From Eledone cirrhosa (Eukaryota), in contig OZ024743.1 in assembly GCA_964016885.1 (NCBI GenBank), positions 47,430,001 through 47,494,000 on the forward strand: a DNA stretch of 64,000 bases, written 5' to 3'. This document shows positions 12,905 to 27,743 of the stretch, piece by piece. Positions within the stretch are counted from its first letter, which is position 1. The number at the start of each line of letters is the position of its first letter. Under the pieces are notes generated by a model that was given only the letters and a program-made list of their open reading frames with translations, was not told the DNA's origin and did not search any database. The translations under genes were made by a program, and so were the position numbers.

Positions 12905-13854
12905 AAATGTTTGATAGAAGAAATATTTCAATCTTCTAAAACATTCTCTTGCTGAAAAACATTTAATGCAACCCAAACCAAAATTACAGCAACAATAACA
13001 ACAATAGTAAGAATAACAACAGCAACAACGACAATAACAACTCTAATCTTTCTCTCAAGCTTTAAACCCGTATCCTAATTTGCTTCTCAGTCTCCAAAGG
13101 ATTCGTATAAATATCATTGGTTTAACATTTCTTCAAATTTATCATAAAAAGGAGGAGAAAGGGTGGCTTGCTGAGAAACACATGCCCAACATCGGACACT
13201 AAAATCTTAGCAAACTGAACAATCTGGTTTCAGTTTAGTCTTTGATAAACCCTTCCCCATGTACATCGATGAGTAAGGGAAAGAGATGTGTAGTGATATT
13301 TAAACTACATCCGTTTATGTTCTGAGCTCAGATCTCACCAAGTAGTTTCGTATTTCATTCCTTCCGGGTTCAATAAAATACACACCAGTCAACAACTGAG
13401 GGAAATTCCTCGACTGTTCCCATCCCAAGAAATTGTCGTCTTATGCATTTATTCCGGCTCTTTGCCATAAGTTCAAATCTCGATGAGGTTAACTTTGCCT
13501 TCCGTCCTTAGAGATCGATAAAATAAAGTACTAGTAATGCACTGAGGTCGATTTAATCGGCTTTCTATATTTTTTAACTCGTTTATTAAACATATATTGT
13601 TAAAATTATGTTAAATTTATTTAAATAAGTTTTATCTCATTAAGGAACCTCAATATTCTGCACTTATGGGCAAAATCTGTATTTTTAAATACAAAGAAGC
13701 GTCTATTTTTAGCAACAAATGGTCCTTATCGATACTGCTAACACTACAACGACTGGTCCATTAGAGCAATTAGAGCAACAGACATGATTCAGATAAGCGG
13801 AAAAAAATTGAAGCAGAGACCATCAGATAATCCACTACCACTTTGAAAAGCGAG

Positions 13855-13936
<82 letters not shown>

Positions 13937-13970
13937 TCTCTCTCTCTTTCTCTTTCTCTCTCTCTCTCTC

Positions 13971-14890
13971 ATCCCAGGAATGGACCACAGAAATAAAAAT
14001 AACAAGCGTATTCTTAGAAATAGACATTTGATTGCTGGTGTCGGCTGTCCTAGCAAAAACAGAACAAAAACATTCCAAGTTCAAAAAGAGGAGGAAGAAG
14101 ATCTGAGCAGGCACGGGAATGAAAGCCCTGATCCAAACCAACTTCCTTAACCTGCTGAGTAACACCCAACTGTTCGTGACGATGAAAGGTAGAAGGCCAA
14201 ATTGTTACATGTGTGGCGCTAAAAAACATTTGAAGTCTTTCTGTCCACAAAAACACAATGCATCATCAACAGTGGCGGCAGAACAAACACCAGCAGCAAC
14301 AGCAGAAAACAACAACATGAACAGCAGCAATAACATTAACTGCAACGACAAAAACAATGCCATCTCCCACAACAACAGCAATAGAATCACCAATCCCAAT
14401 GCAACACCTGAAGACTTACCACTCCCAAATTTCTATATTTTGGGCACGTCGTTTGCTGATGGTAACAAAGATAGGAAGTGGTAAATTGTTTACAAAAAAG
14501 GAAAAGAACGCAAAGAGGATAAATACAACAAACCTTGCTCATATTTAAAGTGAACCGGAAAAGATTAAGCCACAATACAACAATGCCAACACTAACTACA
14601 TCTTCACACACAGGCACCATTGACACTACAAACAGTCTAATGTACACTCAACAATAACAACAGCACCCAAAACACGACCAACAAAATAAAAACATCACAA
14701 ACCACATGACCATAAACACAAGCAACAAGATATTAATAAACCACATACAACACAAACATTTTACAAAATGACTTCATCGTACCAGGAATCACGACAAAAG
14801 CACAAATAAAAATTACCCTAACTACACAACACACAAAACTGAAAATAAAATTCCGATGGATTCGGTGACGTTTGAAGAAAGATCACTATG
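13971..14890 (+). pseudogene. Tx1-like ORF1 fragment with zinc knuckle
   Basis: GRRPNCYMCGAKKHLKSFC aligns with GKRPKCFRCGSKTHLRAFC of the 39.9 kb ORF1; EDLPLP also shared with the 46.7 kb ORF1 (EDFPLP). Confidence 0.8.
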
Positions 14891-14950
14891 CATGTATATA
14901 TATTTTGGGGCACTGTTTTCCTTGATCTTTCATCTACGGATTTCCACCAA

Positions 14951-15002
<52 letters not shown>

Positions 15003-15026
15003 CATTTTTTCATTACCATTATAAGG

Positions 15027-15111
15027 GGTCTGACGAGCCGTGGATTACAGAGTCCGGCTAGATCGATACAGATCGAACCTTGAGCTGATCAGAGGCGAAA
15101 CGCGCGTCACC
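15027..15111 (+). ncRNA. Hammerhead with extended stem II, intact core
   Basis: ggt-CTGACGA-gcc..(about 54 nt)..ggc-GAA-ACGCGCGT-C-acc, followed by aataaa; GUC triplet at 15106-15108. Confidence 0.75.
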
Positions 15112-15415
15112 AACCAATAAACGTAATGAAGGAGTAACCACTCATCCTTGTTTTATTTTACTATAATACACTCTGTCAAGCTCTACACCTCGACACAGAA
15201 GTGAACCTAAACATCGAGTGCTCACCCGAGTGAACCTACAGTAACTCCAAGTTACACAAGTTACATTCCCTGGATATATATATATAAGCAAGAAAGTGTT
15301 GGTAAAATCCAGTACTTCAGTATGCGAATAGGGACCACTCAACGAAGATATAAGTTCCGGAGTTATAATAGTGACGAAACATAAGTCAATTGCATGAACT
15401 CATAATCCTTTATTT

Positions 15416-15471
15416 ACTGCTATATATATTTCGATGATAGCCATTGAATGGCTATGACCTCATCAGGCAGT
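15416..15471 (-). ncRNA. Type-I hammerhead motif, intact core
   Basis: actgc-CTGATGA-ggtcatagcca-ttcaa-tggctatcatc-GAA-ATATATAT-A-gcagt, followed by aataaa. Confidence 0.85.
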
Positions 15472-15753
15472 TAGTCAGTTCTTAGATATGCCAGCTCTGT
15501 GTTTATGGTGTTGATGGTATCAGAACCTTGGGACATATGTCCCAAGGCTCTGATACCAATACCAATACCAATACCAATACTTTGTTTATAACCAGTTAAT
15601 TCATCAGAGTGAGCGAATGTGAAGATAATACGCAAGGCATGGCTTTTATAGAGGAGTGGTATTAGACCAGAACAATAATATCAATAACAGTTATTTTGTT
15701 ATTGATATTATTGTTCTTGTCTAATACCACTCCTCTATTATCCTCACATTCGC

Positions 15754-15854
15754 TCGCTCTGATGAATTAACTGGTTATAAACAAAGTATTGGAGATCTAT
15801 TGACGCAACATCTAGCGATTAGGCCTACCAGATCAAAGAAACAATTGTCAGTAC
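15754..15854 (+). ncRNA. Hammerhead with extended stem II (same family as 11572)
   Basis: CTGATGA-attaactggt...accagatcaaa-GAA-ACAATTGT-C-agtac. The downstream 15880-16078 is homologous to 11710-11900. Confidence 0.7.
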
Positions 15855-16508
15855 TGTGAATAAAGCCTTTATTGTACAGACAACCATGTTACACTTATTT
15901 CTTGAATTATTATTACTCCAAGTATAACCTACATAGAAACACCGTGAACTCGCTGCATCACTATGGAAGCGTCTTGCTGAGTCAAACTAAGCCATACGTT
16001 AATACCATCCACAACACAGAGTACTCTAACTGGACTACCTCTAAGTGGATTGCCTATAACGATAACTTGTTATCCCGTATATATATATATATATGCGTAT
16101 ATTATTCCTATTATATATATCATCATCTTCGTTTAACGTCCATTTTCCACGCTAGCATGGGTTAGCCGGGAGTTGTCCCACTTGAGGCAATATATATATA
16201 TATACGGGGTAACAGATTATTGTTGTAGGTAGTCCTCTTAGGTGTAGTCCAGTTAGGGTACTCCGAGTAGTGGATGATATCAACGCTTGGCTAAGTTTGA
16301 CTCAACAAGGCGTTTCCATAGTGATGCTGCGAGTACGCGGTAATTCCTATGTTGTTAACACCTGGAGTAATGATAAATCAGGAAAAAAGAGTGACACGGT
16401 TTGCTATACAAAAAAGGTTTTTAATCTCATTGCTCACAAGCTCCGATGAATTGACTGGTTATAACTATGTATTGGTGATCGAATGACGATATATATATAT
16501 ATATATAT

Positions 16509-17396
16509 AACGAAATACTGATTAGTTAGCACCCCAAACACTAAATTGGGATAATACTTAAGTATATCCTAATGTTTGTTGAGTGAGATAGAATTGGTTG
16601 GAGTATCGCTTAAGGCTTTCTCTGTTTATGTATTGAATATTTACTCTTGGGAGCGGACATGGACTCCAGTTATAGGGTATGACTCTCTTTATTATTATTA
16701 TTTTTTATATGAAGTACTGATTGATCTTCCTTGTATCCCATGTCTGATTTAGCCTTAAGGAATAACTGTGTGTATGTGTGGGTGATCCATGCATATATTT
16801 ATTATGTTTTAATATCTCTCTGTGTGCATTGGTTATATATACATATGATTATTCTTTTAAATTTCCAATTGAGTTCTTATACACGTGGTTTATACCTAAC
16901 AGGTTTAATTGACCAGCGTGTATATTGTTTTATTTTATGATAACCTCCCCTTACCCTTCTGGGGACAGCGTGTAATTTTTATTTGGGAGGACTGCTGGAT
17001 TTTAATCTACCAGTCTCTTCTTAGCGCTGAGGGAGACCATCACCATTGTATTGATGTCGATATATTTCTTATATCGATATTAATTTGGGCATCCACTGGG
17101 GAGTTTATAAGAGCCCGCTTGTGTATACAACTACGGATTATATACAAGTTTCTACATAACCTGGAAATTATTTATCCCAATTTGTAGAAATCTTATAATG
17201 AAACGGCCGTCTGGAAGAAATGAGATATTTATTTAATAATGTCTCATAAAATAATGCAACCAATTTTCCACGAAATACTCATTAGTTAGCACCCCAAACT
17301 CTAAATTAGGAAAATACTTAGGTATATCCTAATGTTTGTTGAGTGAGATGGAATTGGTCGGAGTGTCGCTTAAGGCTTTCTCTGTTTATGTATTGT
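16509..17396 (+). mobile_element. Non-coding element with about 125-bp terminal direct repeats and an internal hammerhead, inserted in (TA)n
   Basis: 16510-16636 matches 17270-17396. Further copies at about 23460-23610 (-) and 63525-63790 (+). Confidence 0.75.
17092..17215 (+). ncRNA. Hammerhead with about 80-nt stem II insertion (A6 mutated to G)
   Basis: tcca-CTGGGGA-gtttataaga...tcttataat-GAA-ACGGCCGT-C-tgga. The 63.6 kb copy has tcttataac-GAA-ACGATCGT-A-tgga. Confidence 0.7.
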
Positions 17397-17565
17397 ATAT
17401 ATATACATATATATATATATGAATGTATATATAGTGTATTTTGCAATACACTGTATGCTTAATTAAAAGCATTTCGAAGAGTAAGGTCTTTTAATTAAGC
17501 ATACAGTGTATTGCAAAATACACGATATATACATTCATATATATATCGGTATTTCAGAGCACCAA

Positions 17566-17648
<83 letters not shown>

Positions 17649-17697
17649 TTATGATAGTAATAATAATACACGCATATATATATACTTACACACAGAC

Positions 17698-17807
<110 letters not shown>

Positions 17808-17861
17808 TACCAATAATATACGCATATATATACCTACACACACATATTTACATATACATAC

Positions 17862-17967
<106 letters not shown>

Positions 17968-18054
17968 TGTCTAAACGTAATGTTATACCTCTAAAGGAAA
18001 ATACCTTATTGAGTGCTTAGCTGCAGCCAGAGCTTCGATTATGCTGTACTTCCA

Positions 18055-18156
<102 letters not shown>

Positions 18157-18418
18157 CATACATACATATATAAATAAAAATACAAATAAAGATTCAGCGA
18201 GAATCGCATTTTCGGCAGGCAGGAAAAGCGAAGCGAAACGCAAAAATCAGAAATGAGACTGGCAAAGTGCTGAATAGTTAAAAACCAGAGCTAAACAATG
18301 TGTTAAGAAGCCATACAAAACTGAAAAGGTGGTCAAGAAGACATTAACCACTCAAGCCAAAACCAAATCAAGCTAAACAGGTCAAAACAAAATAAATGAT
18401 AAAAAATAAATGACAACA

Positions 18419-18483
<65 letters not shown>

Positions 18484-18755
18484 AACGAGTAGGACCCCGG
18501 CGGCTGAGCTCAAGCCGTTTCGACGGCTAATTCTGGACTAAATGAAAATGTTTATCGTGGTATATGAATAGCCGAGCTTCTCAGGGGCTAATTCCATATA
18601 TCGTAAAAGTGATTGTCACAAGGATTGGTCAAAAGTTTGTTGTTGAGACACATAATTCGGGGTCCTACTCGTTCCTATTACCCACTCTACTACCCTAAGT
18701 ATTGAGTACTTTGGTGCGTTCTGATCCACCTGGTTCCTTACCACATTTCCTTCGT

Positions 18756-18787
<32 letters not shown>

Positions 18788-18816
18788 CGTGCGCGCGCGT
18801 GCGTGTGTGTCTGTGT

Positions 18817-18853
<37 letters not shown>

Positions 18854-19537
18854 CGTGTGTGTGTGTGTGTGTGAGTGAGTGTGGGGGGGGGTACATATAT
18901 GTATGTGTGTGTGTAGATATATATGTATATATCTGTATATGTATATAGCAACACCATAACAGCCACTACTCCCTATCAACACCATCAACACTACCACCCA
19001 CACACCCAGCACCAAATACAATCACCACCACCACCACCACCACCAGTTAAAGTCATGACATTTATTACAACTCAATATAGCTTCCACTAAAATATGTTCC
19101 TCTCTTTTCTGATAATTCATTCTACTTCCACTTCCCACACTCCTTCTCATGTGTCTGTGTGTGAAATGTATACACATACACATACACACATACACACATA
19201 CACACACACATGCGTGTGTGTGTGTATGTGTATGTGTATGAGTATGTATATATATACACATACATCTACTACCTACATAGACTTATATAAATATACATAC
19301 ACACACACATAAATATATATATATATATAGTATATGCACATATATAAAAAAAATTATATATATATATATATATGCACATATATTTATAAATAAATATATG
19401 TATATATATATATATATATGCACATATATAAATGTGTGTACGTGACTCTGTATATGAGAAAAAGATTTGTAAGAGAAGGCCATAAAGAGAGAGTGGGGAG
19501 AACACATATATATATATATATATATCTTTCTCTCTCT

Positions 19538-19633
<96 letters not shown>

Positions 19634-19745
19634 ATCTATCTATCTATCTATCTCTTTCCCTCTCTTTCTCTCTCTCTCTCTCACTATCTATCTATCTATC
19701 TATCTATCTCTTTCGCTTTCTCTATCTATCTTTCTATCTCTCCCA

Positions 19746-19839
<94 letters not shown>

Positions 19840-20766
19840 CTCTATCTCTCTCTTTCTCTCTCTCTCGCACACACACTCACACTCTCCCCCCTCTGTAGCT
19901 CACCCACCCCCCTCCACACATCTTCAAACACATTTCCTCCTGATTTAGTTTAAAACTTGCTCCATTTTGACAGTCACGTCTGGCGAAACCTTTTCAATGT
20001 TTCTCTGAAACCTGCACAAAATGGCAGCTTTTTCTAGAAAAGACCAAACGGATTTGTTACATACAACTCACAGTATAACTTCTATTGTCTATCATTACCA
20101 CCACCACCACCAGCACCACCACCACCACCACCACTACCACCACCACCAGCAGCACCACCAGCAGCACCACCACTACCACCACCACTACCACCACTACTAC
20201 CAGCACCACCACCACCCTCACCACCACTACCACCACCACCACCACCATCACCACTACCACCACTACCACCACCACCACTACCACTACCCCTACCCTCACC
20301 ACCATCAACGTTTCTCTGAAACCTGCACAAAATGGTAGTTTTTTCTAGAAAAGACCAAACGGATTTGTTACATACAACTCACAGTATAACTTCTATTGTC
20401 TATCATTACCACCACCACTACCACCACCACCACCACCACCACCACCACCACCACCACCACCACCACCTCGACTACCACCACCACCCCAGCACCACTACCA
20501 CCTCCACTACCACCACCACCAGCACCACCACCACCACCAGCACCACCACCAACAACAACAACATCATCATCACCACCAGATCATCATCAACACCAGATAT
20601 ACAGTAATCCTTCTCTACATCCTGCCGACATTGTATTCCATAGACACCCCCCACCCCCCACCCACCCACTGGCCGAAAGTCTTGACCTCCGACTAAACAG
20701 TAATACAACAGCAACAATACCAAAAGTGGGAAAAGACTTGATGATGATGCAACAGAATGAAATATG

Positions 20767-20816
<50 letters not shown>

Positions 20817-20884
20817 CGTATGTGTGTGAATGCATATATATGTATATATATATATATGTGGCCGGTGCTCAGGTGCAATAAGTA

Positions 20885-21882
20885 GCAAGTGCCCACAGGA
20901 TACTAGCTCCTTCTATTGCCCAGATGGCTCTATAGAAATAGTGGACACCTTCCGTTACCTGGGTGACAAAATCAGCAGTGGGGGAGGGTGCTCAGAAAGT
21001 ACAATAGCCAGAGTCAGAACGGGATGGAAAAAGTTCAGAGAGCTTATACCACTATTGGCCGCTAAAGGTTTCTCTCTAAAAATGAAAGGCAGGCTGTATG
21101 ATGCCTTCATACGAACAGCTATGTTACATGATAGTGAGACATGAGCATTGTGTGCAGAGGATCTGCGCAGACTGGAGAGGAACGAAGCTTGCATGCTCTG
21201 TTGGATGTGTAATAGTAATATGCGTGAACAGCAAAGCATAAATGAACTAAGTGAGAAATTAGGTATAAGAGGGATCAGATGCTGTTTACTCGAGAGAAGA
21301 CTACGTTGGTATGATCACGTGATGCGCATGAAAGACGACAGCTGTATAAAAAAGTGCAGAGCGATCAAAATTGACAGAAGTTACGGAGCAGGCAGACCCA
21401 GAAAAACCTGGGACGATTTGATAAATTCGGACCTTACACACTTACACCTCTCTAAGACAATGTCACTGGACCGAGATCTTTGGCGCTAAGCAGTAATACA
21501 GAAAACCCGCCTTGCCTAAGTACAAAGCGAAACCCACAGTCAGTAGGCACCTCTTAATCAAATATACCCCCCCCCCATCCCACTACCCCCACTCCCCACC
21601 CCTTTCTCTGTAAAGTTATGTTGGTACCACAACATCCAGTCCTAAATAAATGAGGTCGTGTAGGTGTCACAACAAAAAAACACAGTCCACGCTGTAATGT
21701 GACCGTGTAGGTAACATGGTAAAAACCTCCCAGTTCACACTGTAAACGTGGTTGGTGTTAGGAAGGGCATCCAGCAGTAGGAAACCTGCCAGACAGTCCC
21801 ATACGAGCGAGACGACCAATCTTCCCTCAAGTGGGACAATTCCCGTCTAAACCCATGCTAGCGTGGAAGATAGACATTAAAC

Positions 21883-21883
<1 letters not shown>
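20885..21883 (+). mobile_element. 5'-truncated RTE-clade LINE (RT C-terminus and 3'UTR)
   Basis: FRYLGDKISSGGGC...ARVRTGWKKFREL, RRLRWYDHVMRM, GRPRKTW; one in-frame stop; ends in (GAT)n. Confidence 0.9.
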
Positions 21884-21913
<30 letters not shown>

Positions 21914-21936
21914 ATGATGATGGTGATGATGATGAC

Positions 21937-21982
<46 letters not shown>

Positions 21983-22233
21983 GTGATGATGGTGATGATG
22001 GTGATGATGGTGATGATGGTGATGATGGTGATGATGGTGATGATGGTAGTGATGATGGTGATGGTGGTGATGATGATGGTGATGGTGGTGATGATGATGG
22101 TGATGGTGGTGATGATGATGGTGATGGTGGTGGTGATGATGATGATGGTAGTGATGATGGTGGTGATGATGATGATGGTGGTGATGATGATGGTGGTGAT
22201 GATGATGATGATTTTGATGGTGATGATGGTGAT
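21884..22233 (+). repeat. (GAT/GGT)n tail array
   Basis: Directly follows cattaaac at the RTE 3' end. Confidence 0.9.
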
Positions 22234-22239
22234 GTGTGC

Positions 22240-22279
<40 letters not shown>

Positions 22280-22360
22280 GGTAAACAGAAATAACAACAC
22301 AATCGGTACAGTATATGGAAGTGATATATTAGGTTAACGCTTGATATAGCAGGCAGAGGG

Positions 22361-22396
22361 TCTTAACGTTTCGGACGCTAGTCCTTCATCAGAAGA
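22361..22396 (-). ncRNA. Minimal hammerhead motif, intact
   Basis: tctt-CTGATGA-a-GGAC-tagc-GTCC-GAA-ACGT-T-aaga. Confidence 0.8.
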
Positions 22397-22529
22397 AAGA
22401 ATGAGAAATAAGATAGGTTGTGGGGACGAGCGGGTTGGAATTGGAAAATGTCTTTAGATAAAAATAACAGGTCCATTCATGTTGACATTATATATATATA
22501 TATATGAAATCGTGTGTCGAAATAAATAG

Positions 22530-23081
22530 TGTTATACTTGGGGAGGGTCATATTGTTGTAATAATATTGCCAGAAATAATAACAGGAAAATATAACAGGG
22601 ATATATAAATAAATTAATTAATAAATATATACACAAGTAAAATAACAACAAACACATATAAATACACACTAGTGCACAAAGATAGAATACAAAAACAAAA
22701 ACACATACACTCAAACGCGAACACACACCATACATTATACACACACGCAAACGCATGCGCAGAGACAGAGACAAGAATAAATAAATAAATAAATAAAATA
22801 AAATAAAAATGGCGTAGACATTATATTACAATACAACAGGGGGAAACATAATAGTACCACTGCTGATGTTGCAGATGTGCAACGAAAGAACTTTGATTGA
22901 CTATTATATATATTTATATCTGTATTTTTAACCGTTGATCCATCAATGACAAACATTGATTGCCAAATAAATTAACTATGGAGATATAAAAGATACAGAA
23001 GTGAAAAACCAACCAAACAGTGAGTGTGTTCTGTTATTATTTCTGGCAATATTATTACAACAATATGACCTTCCCAAGTAT

Positions 23082-23084
<3 letters not shown>
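22530..23084. mobile_element. (TA)n-embedded element with about 55-bp terminal inverted repeats
   Basis: 22530-22584 is the near reverse complement of 23031-23084. Confidence 0.75.
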
Positions 23085-23162
<78 letters not shown>

Positions 23163-23324
23163 TACAATGAGTTATTTGGTTTGTTGATTATTCAACAAAG
23201 TTAATTTAGAACAGATTAGATGCACTCAACGAATTTATCCGGAATATCATTAATATATCTTCAATGAACTTATAACATGAAGTTCACATTAAGATATGTC
23301 ACTATCTTTACACCAATTATTGTA

Positions 23325-23381
23325 TTTTATCTGACGAAAGCGTACTAAAATATTAGTACCCTTGAAATATATATAATAAAA
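23325..23381 (+). ncRNA. Type-I hammerhead motif, intact core (family of 4875)
   Basis: ttttat-CTGACGA-aagcgtactaa-aata-ttagtaccctt-GAA-ATATATAT-A-ataaaa. Confidence 0.85.
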
Positions 23382-23391
23382 ATTAATATTA

Positions 23392-23446
<55 letters not shown>

Positions 23447-23733
23447 AATACAATATCGGAGAAAGCTTTTTAGCGATACTCCGGCCAAATTCCAACTCAC
23501 TCAACAAACATTAGGAAATAAGTGATTATATTCCCAATTATGTGTTCGGGGTGCTAACTAAAAGTATTGCGTGGAAAATTGGCTGTATTATTTCAAATGA
23601 GACATATCTAATATATAGCAAATGAGTGAAGAGTAGGGTGGTCGGCTGTACAATAGGGTTTATTGACGCTCCAGCTGTGGATTACCTCATAGTATCATAG
23701 TTCTTGATGTACTCATTGTAACGCATAAACATT

Positions 23734-23785
<52 letters not shown>

Positions 23786-24411
23786 TGTGTGTGTGTGTCT
23801 GCGCGCATGCATGAGTGTGTGTATGTATGTGTATGTGCGTGTGTTTGTATGTGTGTGTAAGTGAGTGACTGAATGCGCGTGTGTGTCTTTCGACGATATA
23901 CACCGCCGGAAGCTGTAAGCATCTGCAAGGAAACAGATAATCCGGTGCTTTCCAGCATAAATACCTTTTTAGTTATTGTCCGGGGTTACTCGGTCTCTTT
24001 TCACTGTGGCCATCGTAAATACAGTGAATTTGTGATTAGCCTGCAGGAGAGAAACATGCAACTAACGGAGCCATTGTACACGAAATATATTTAGAATAAT
24101 TTGGCAAAATCAATAAAGCGTAGAAAAATAGTACATTGTTATATTCAGTCTCTCTATATTTCTAATTCCGCTGGAACTGATTTGCGAGGAAGCGGGGATA
24201 AAACAGATACCAGTCATATATTGGGTTCGATAGAAACAACTACACACCGTCATATAATATTGATGTTTTATGTGTAAGTTAAATATTGTTATTGTTTGTT
24301 TGCCAGAATCAGTAGAGCGTCACAAAAGACGCCTTACTATATTTAGCTATTTTCTTACACGCTCTGAATTCAAATAATGCCTGGGTAGACTTTTCCTTTC
24401 ATCCTTTAGGG

Positions 24412-25628
<1,217 letters not shown>

Positions 25629-26089
25629 CTTTAGGGCATCTATAAAATAAGTGGCTGGCAAATGTGAACGCAGCATGACCAAATGCTCCAGAAGTTCGCT
25701 TCAAAATTATAAGGTCTCAGGTTCGACTCTAATGCATGGCATTTTGAGCAAGTGTCATTTACCCAAGCCTTGTCAGTGGAATTGGGTAGACAGAAACTGG
25801 TTTCTAATTTAGGCACAAGGCCAGCAATGTTGAGCGAAAATGGTAAGTCAATTACTTGACTGGTCTCTGGGTAAGTGTCAAGCCCTATTGAAATTGGGTT
25901 AATGGAAACTTGGCAGCCTGAAGGATGGGTTATAACTGTAAATCAAAGGTCCGGCCACGTCACTCACTGTATCACGTTGAATCCCCCTGAGAATTACATT
26001 AATGATACACGTGGCTGTGAAATTCTCAGCTATCAGCACGTTAATTTCACAGGCAGGCTGTTCTGTTGATCGAACAACTAAAACATTCT

Positions 26090-26490
26090 TCTTCTTTTTC
26101 GACCACTTTTCGACCACAGAATTTGGCGGTCCGGACTAGCAGAAAACAGTAGTCCGAGACCCGAGGTCACCAGAAGTCTATACTAAGTCAACCGACTTAA
26201 AAATGAATTGGTCATTTGGTCATCTTCTACACTTCGGCGTTGTGAATGACATTGCCCGGGTCTGTGGCCGAAGCGAGAAGATTGACATTGAAGAAAGTGT
26301 CACATGTGTCCTCCTTATAACTACTGCTCCACTAAAACCGGGAAAGGGTTATATTTTCTTGGTGTTTATCGTCTCTGCAGTCGAATCCGAGGCTCCAAGT
26401 GGGACGGGAAACTGGACGCATCAAGGCTCCTCTTTGTGCTCTCATTCAGATCAACATGGCGAAAAACACAGGGCAAGAGAAAGATAGAAC
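26090..26490 (-). pseudogene. Decayed restriction-like endonuclease domain of a CRE-type non-LTR element
   Basis: Minus frames give RHVDLNESTKRSLDASSFPSHLEP and then RDDKHQENITL...DTCDTF...AEV*KMTK, resembling the RH..LN...LEP..RxDGKRPDG..WDxTCxDT..AE..K..KY pattern. Confidence 0.6.
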
Positions 26491-27548
26491 AATTCTATAT
26501 TGGACTACAACTATTTTGATACATTGGGTTAGAAAAAAATATAATATTTTCTATAGTTCCCCCGTCTAATTTGTTTTTGCGTTAGACTAGAAAAAATAGG
26601 TCGTTGCGTATATTTTATGTGGGACGACGATCAATTTGTTGTCACGTTAAATTTCGGGCAAATTTAGCTACTTCAAAAAAAAAAATTTGCAATGCTAAGC
26701 TCATAGCTACAACAATATGCTTCGTATATTTCAAAATGTTTGGATCTGTTTTGAAATGATTTCCTGCTTTGGTTACGTCTGACATCTCTGTAACTAAATT
26801 GGGTTCAGGCGACAGAGGAAGTACATCTAATTTGAATTCTGCGTGTATTTGAATTTCGATGTCATACTGGGTGTCAGCTTAAAACAGAAAACTGGAGGGT
26901 GTGTTTATAAGAACCTACTACTTCTAGCTCAGTTTTAATAGCTTTTGTTTGTTTGTTTTATATTTTGGTTTGTTTTAATTTTTTTTTTTTTTTTACTAAA
27001 ATGGTTTGTTTGTTTTGTCATTCTTTTTTTATTTTTCACCAAAATATATTTGTAACAGGACAAGTCTGGTATTATGGAGAAGCCATCGGCAAATAGTCCT
27101 CGGTCAGAGTTCAGTTCCTATTGAAAACAATTTCACTCTAGTTACGCTGTGAATATCACAGGAAAAGCATGAATGTCGCAGTTTCTGATACTCTCTCTCT
27201 CGATAAAAAAAAAATGGGAATGTGAGATTTTTAATGAAAAAAGATTTACATTCAGAAAATAAGCTCAACAAACCTCACACTATTTATTTATGTATGTATT
27301 TGCCGGAAAACTCTACTTTCCTGAAAGGAAATAAAGATATTAATCTATCTACAGATGAGAAAATGGAGAATTACTTTATTTTATTTTATTTGCGATATCT
27401 TTATAGATCGGTTCTTATGAGTTTCTAACCGGGGGAGAAGAGTTCTGCAAATAGGGGGAGGTTTGAACAGAAATATCCTATCGTATTTAAAATCGATTGA
27501 AGTGTTTCTCTTTACACCAATGTCTATTGTGCATATCGTATCTTACAA

Positions 27549-27743
27549 CAGACCTGTCGACTCTCCCCGTCCGACGGGGAGATCTTAAACCCACCTTGGG
27601 TGGGCGAGAGATGCCTTCTCTTGTGAAAATGGGTATAGGTTTCATTATGTAAAATCTCCCCATTTTGCTTTATTTCTCCCCGTTTTGGGGTCCTTTTTTT
27701 CATAGTACTCCCCCGTTTGGGTTTTTAGAGATTGGCAGGTCTG
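27549..27743. mobile_element. MITE with CAGACCTG TIRs and 6-bp TSD
   Basis: ttacaa|cagacctg...caggtctg|ttacaa. A second, inverted copy lies at 31293-31479. Confidence 0.75.

Noticed and set aside
15340-15390. GAAACataaGTC half motif
   Set aside because: No CUGANGA or closing stems found upstream.
26203-26519. Possible host exon or piggyBac cysteine-rich domain on the plus strand
   Set aside because: The minus strand matches a CRE-type RLE domain better.
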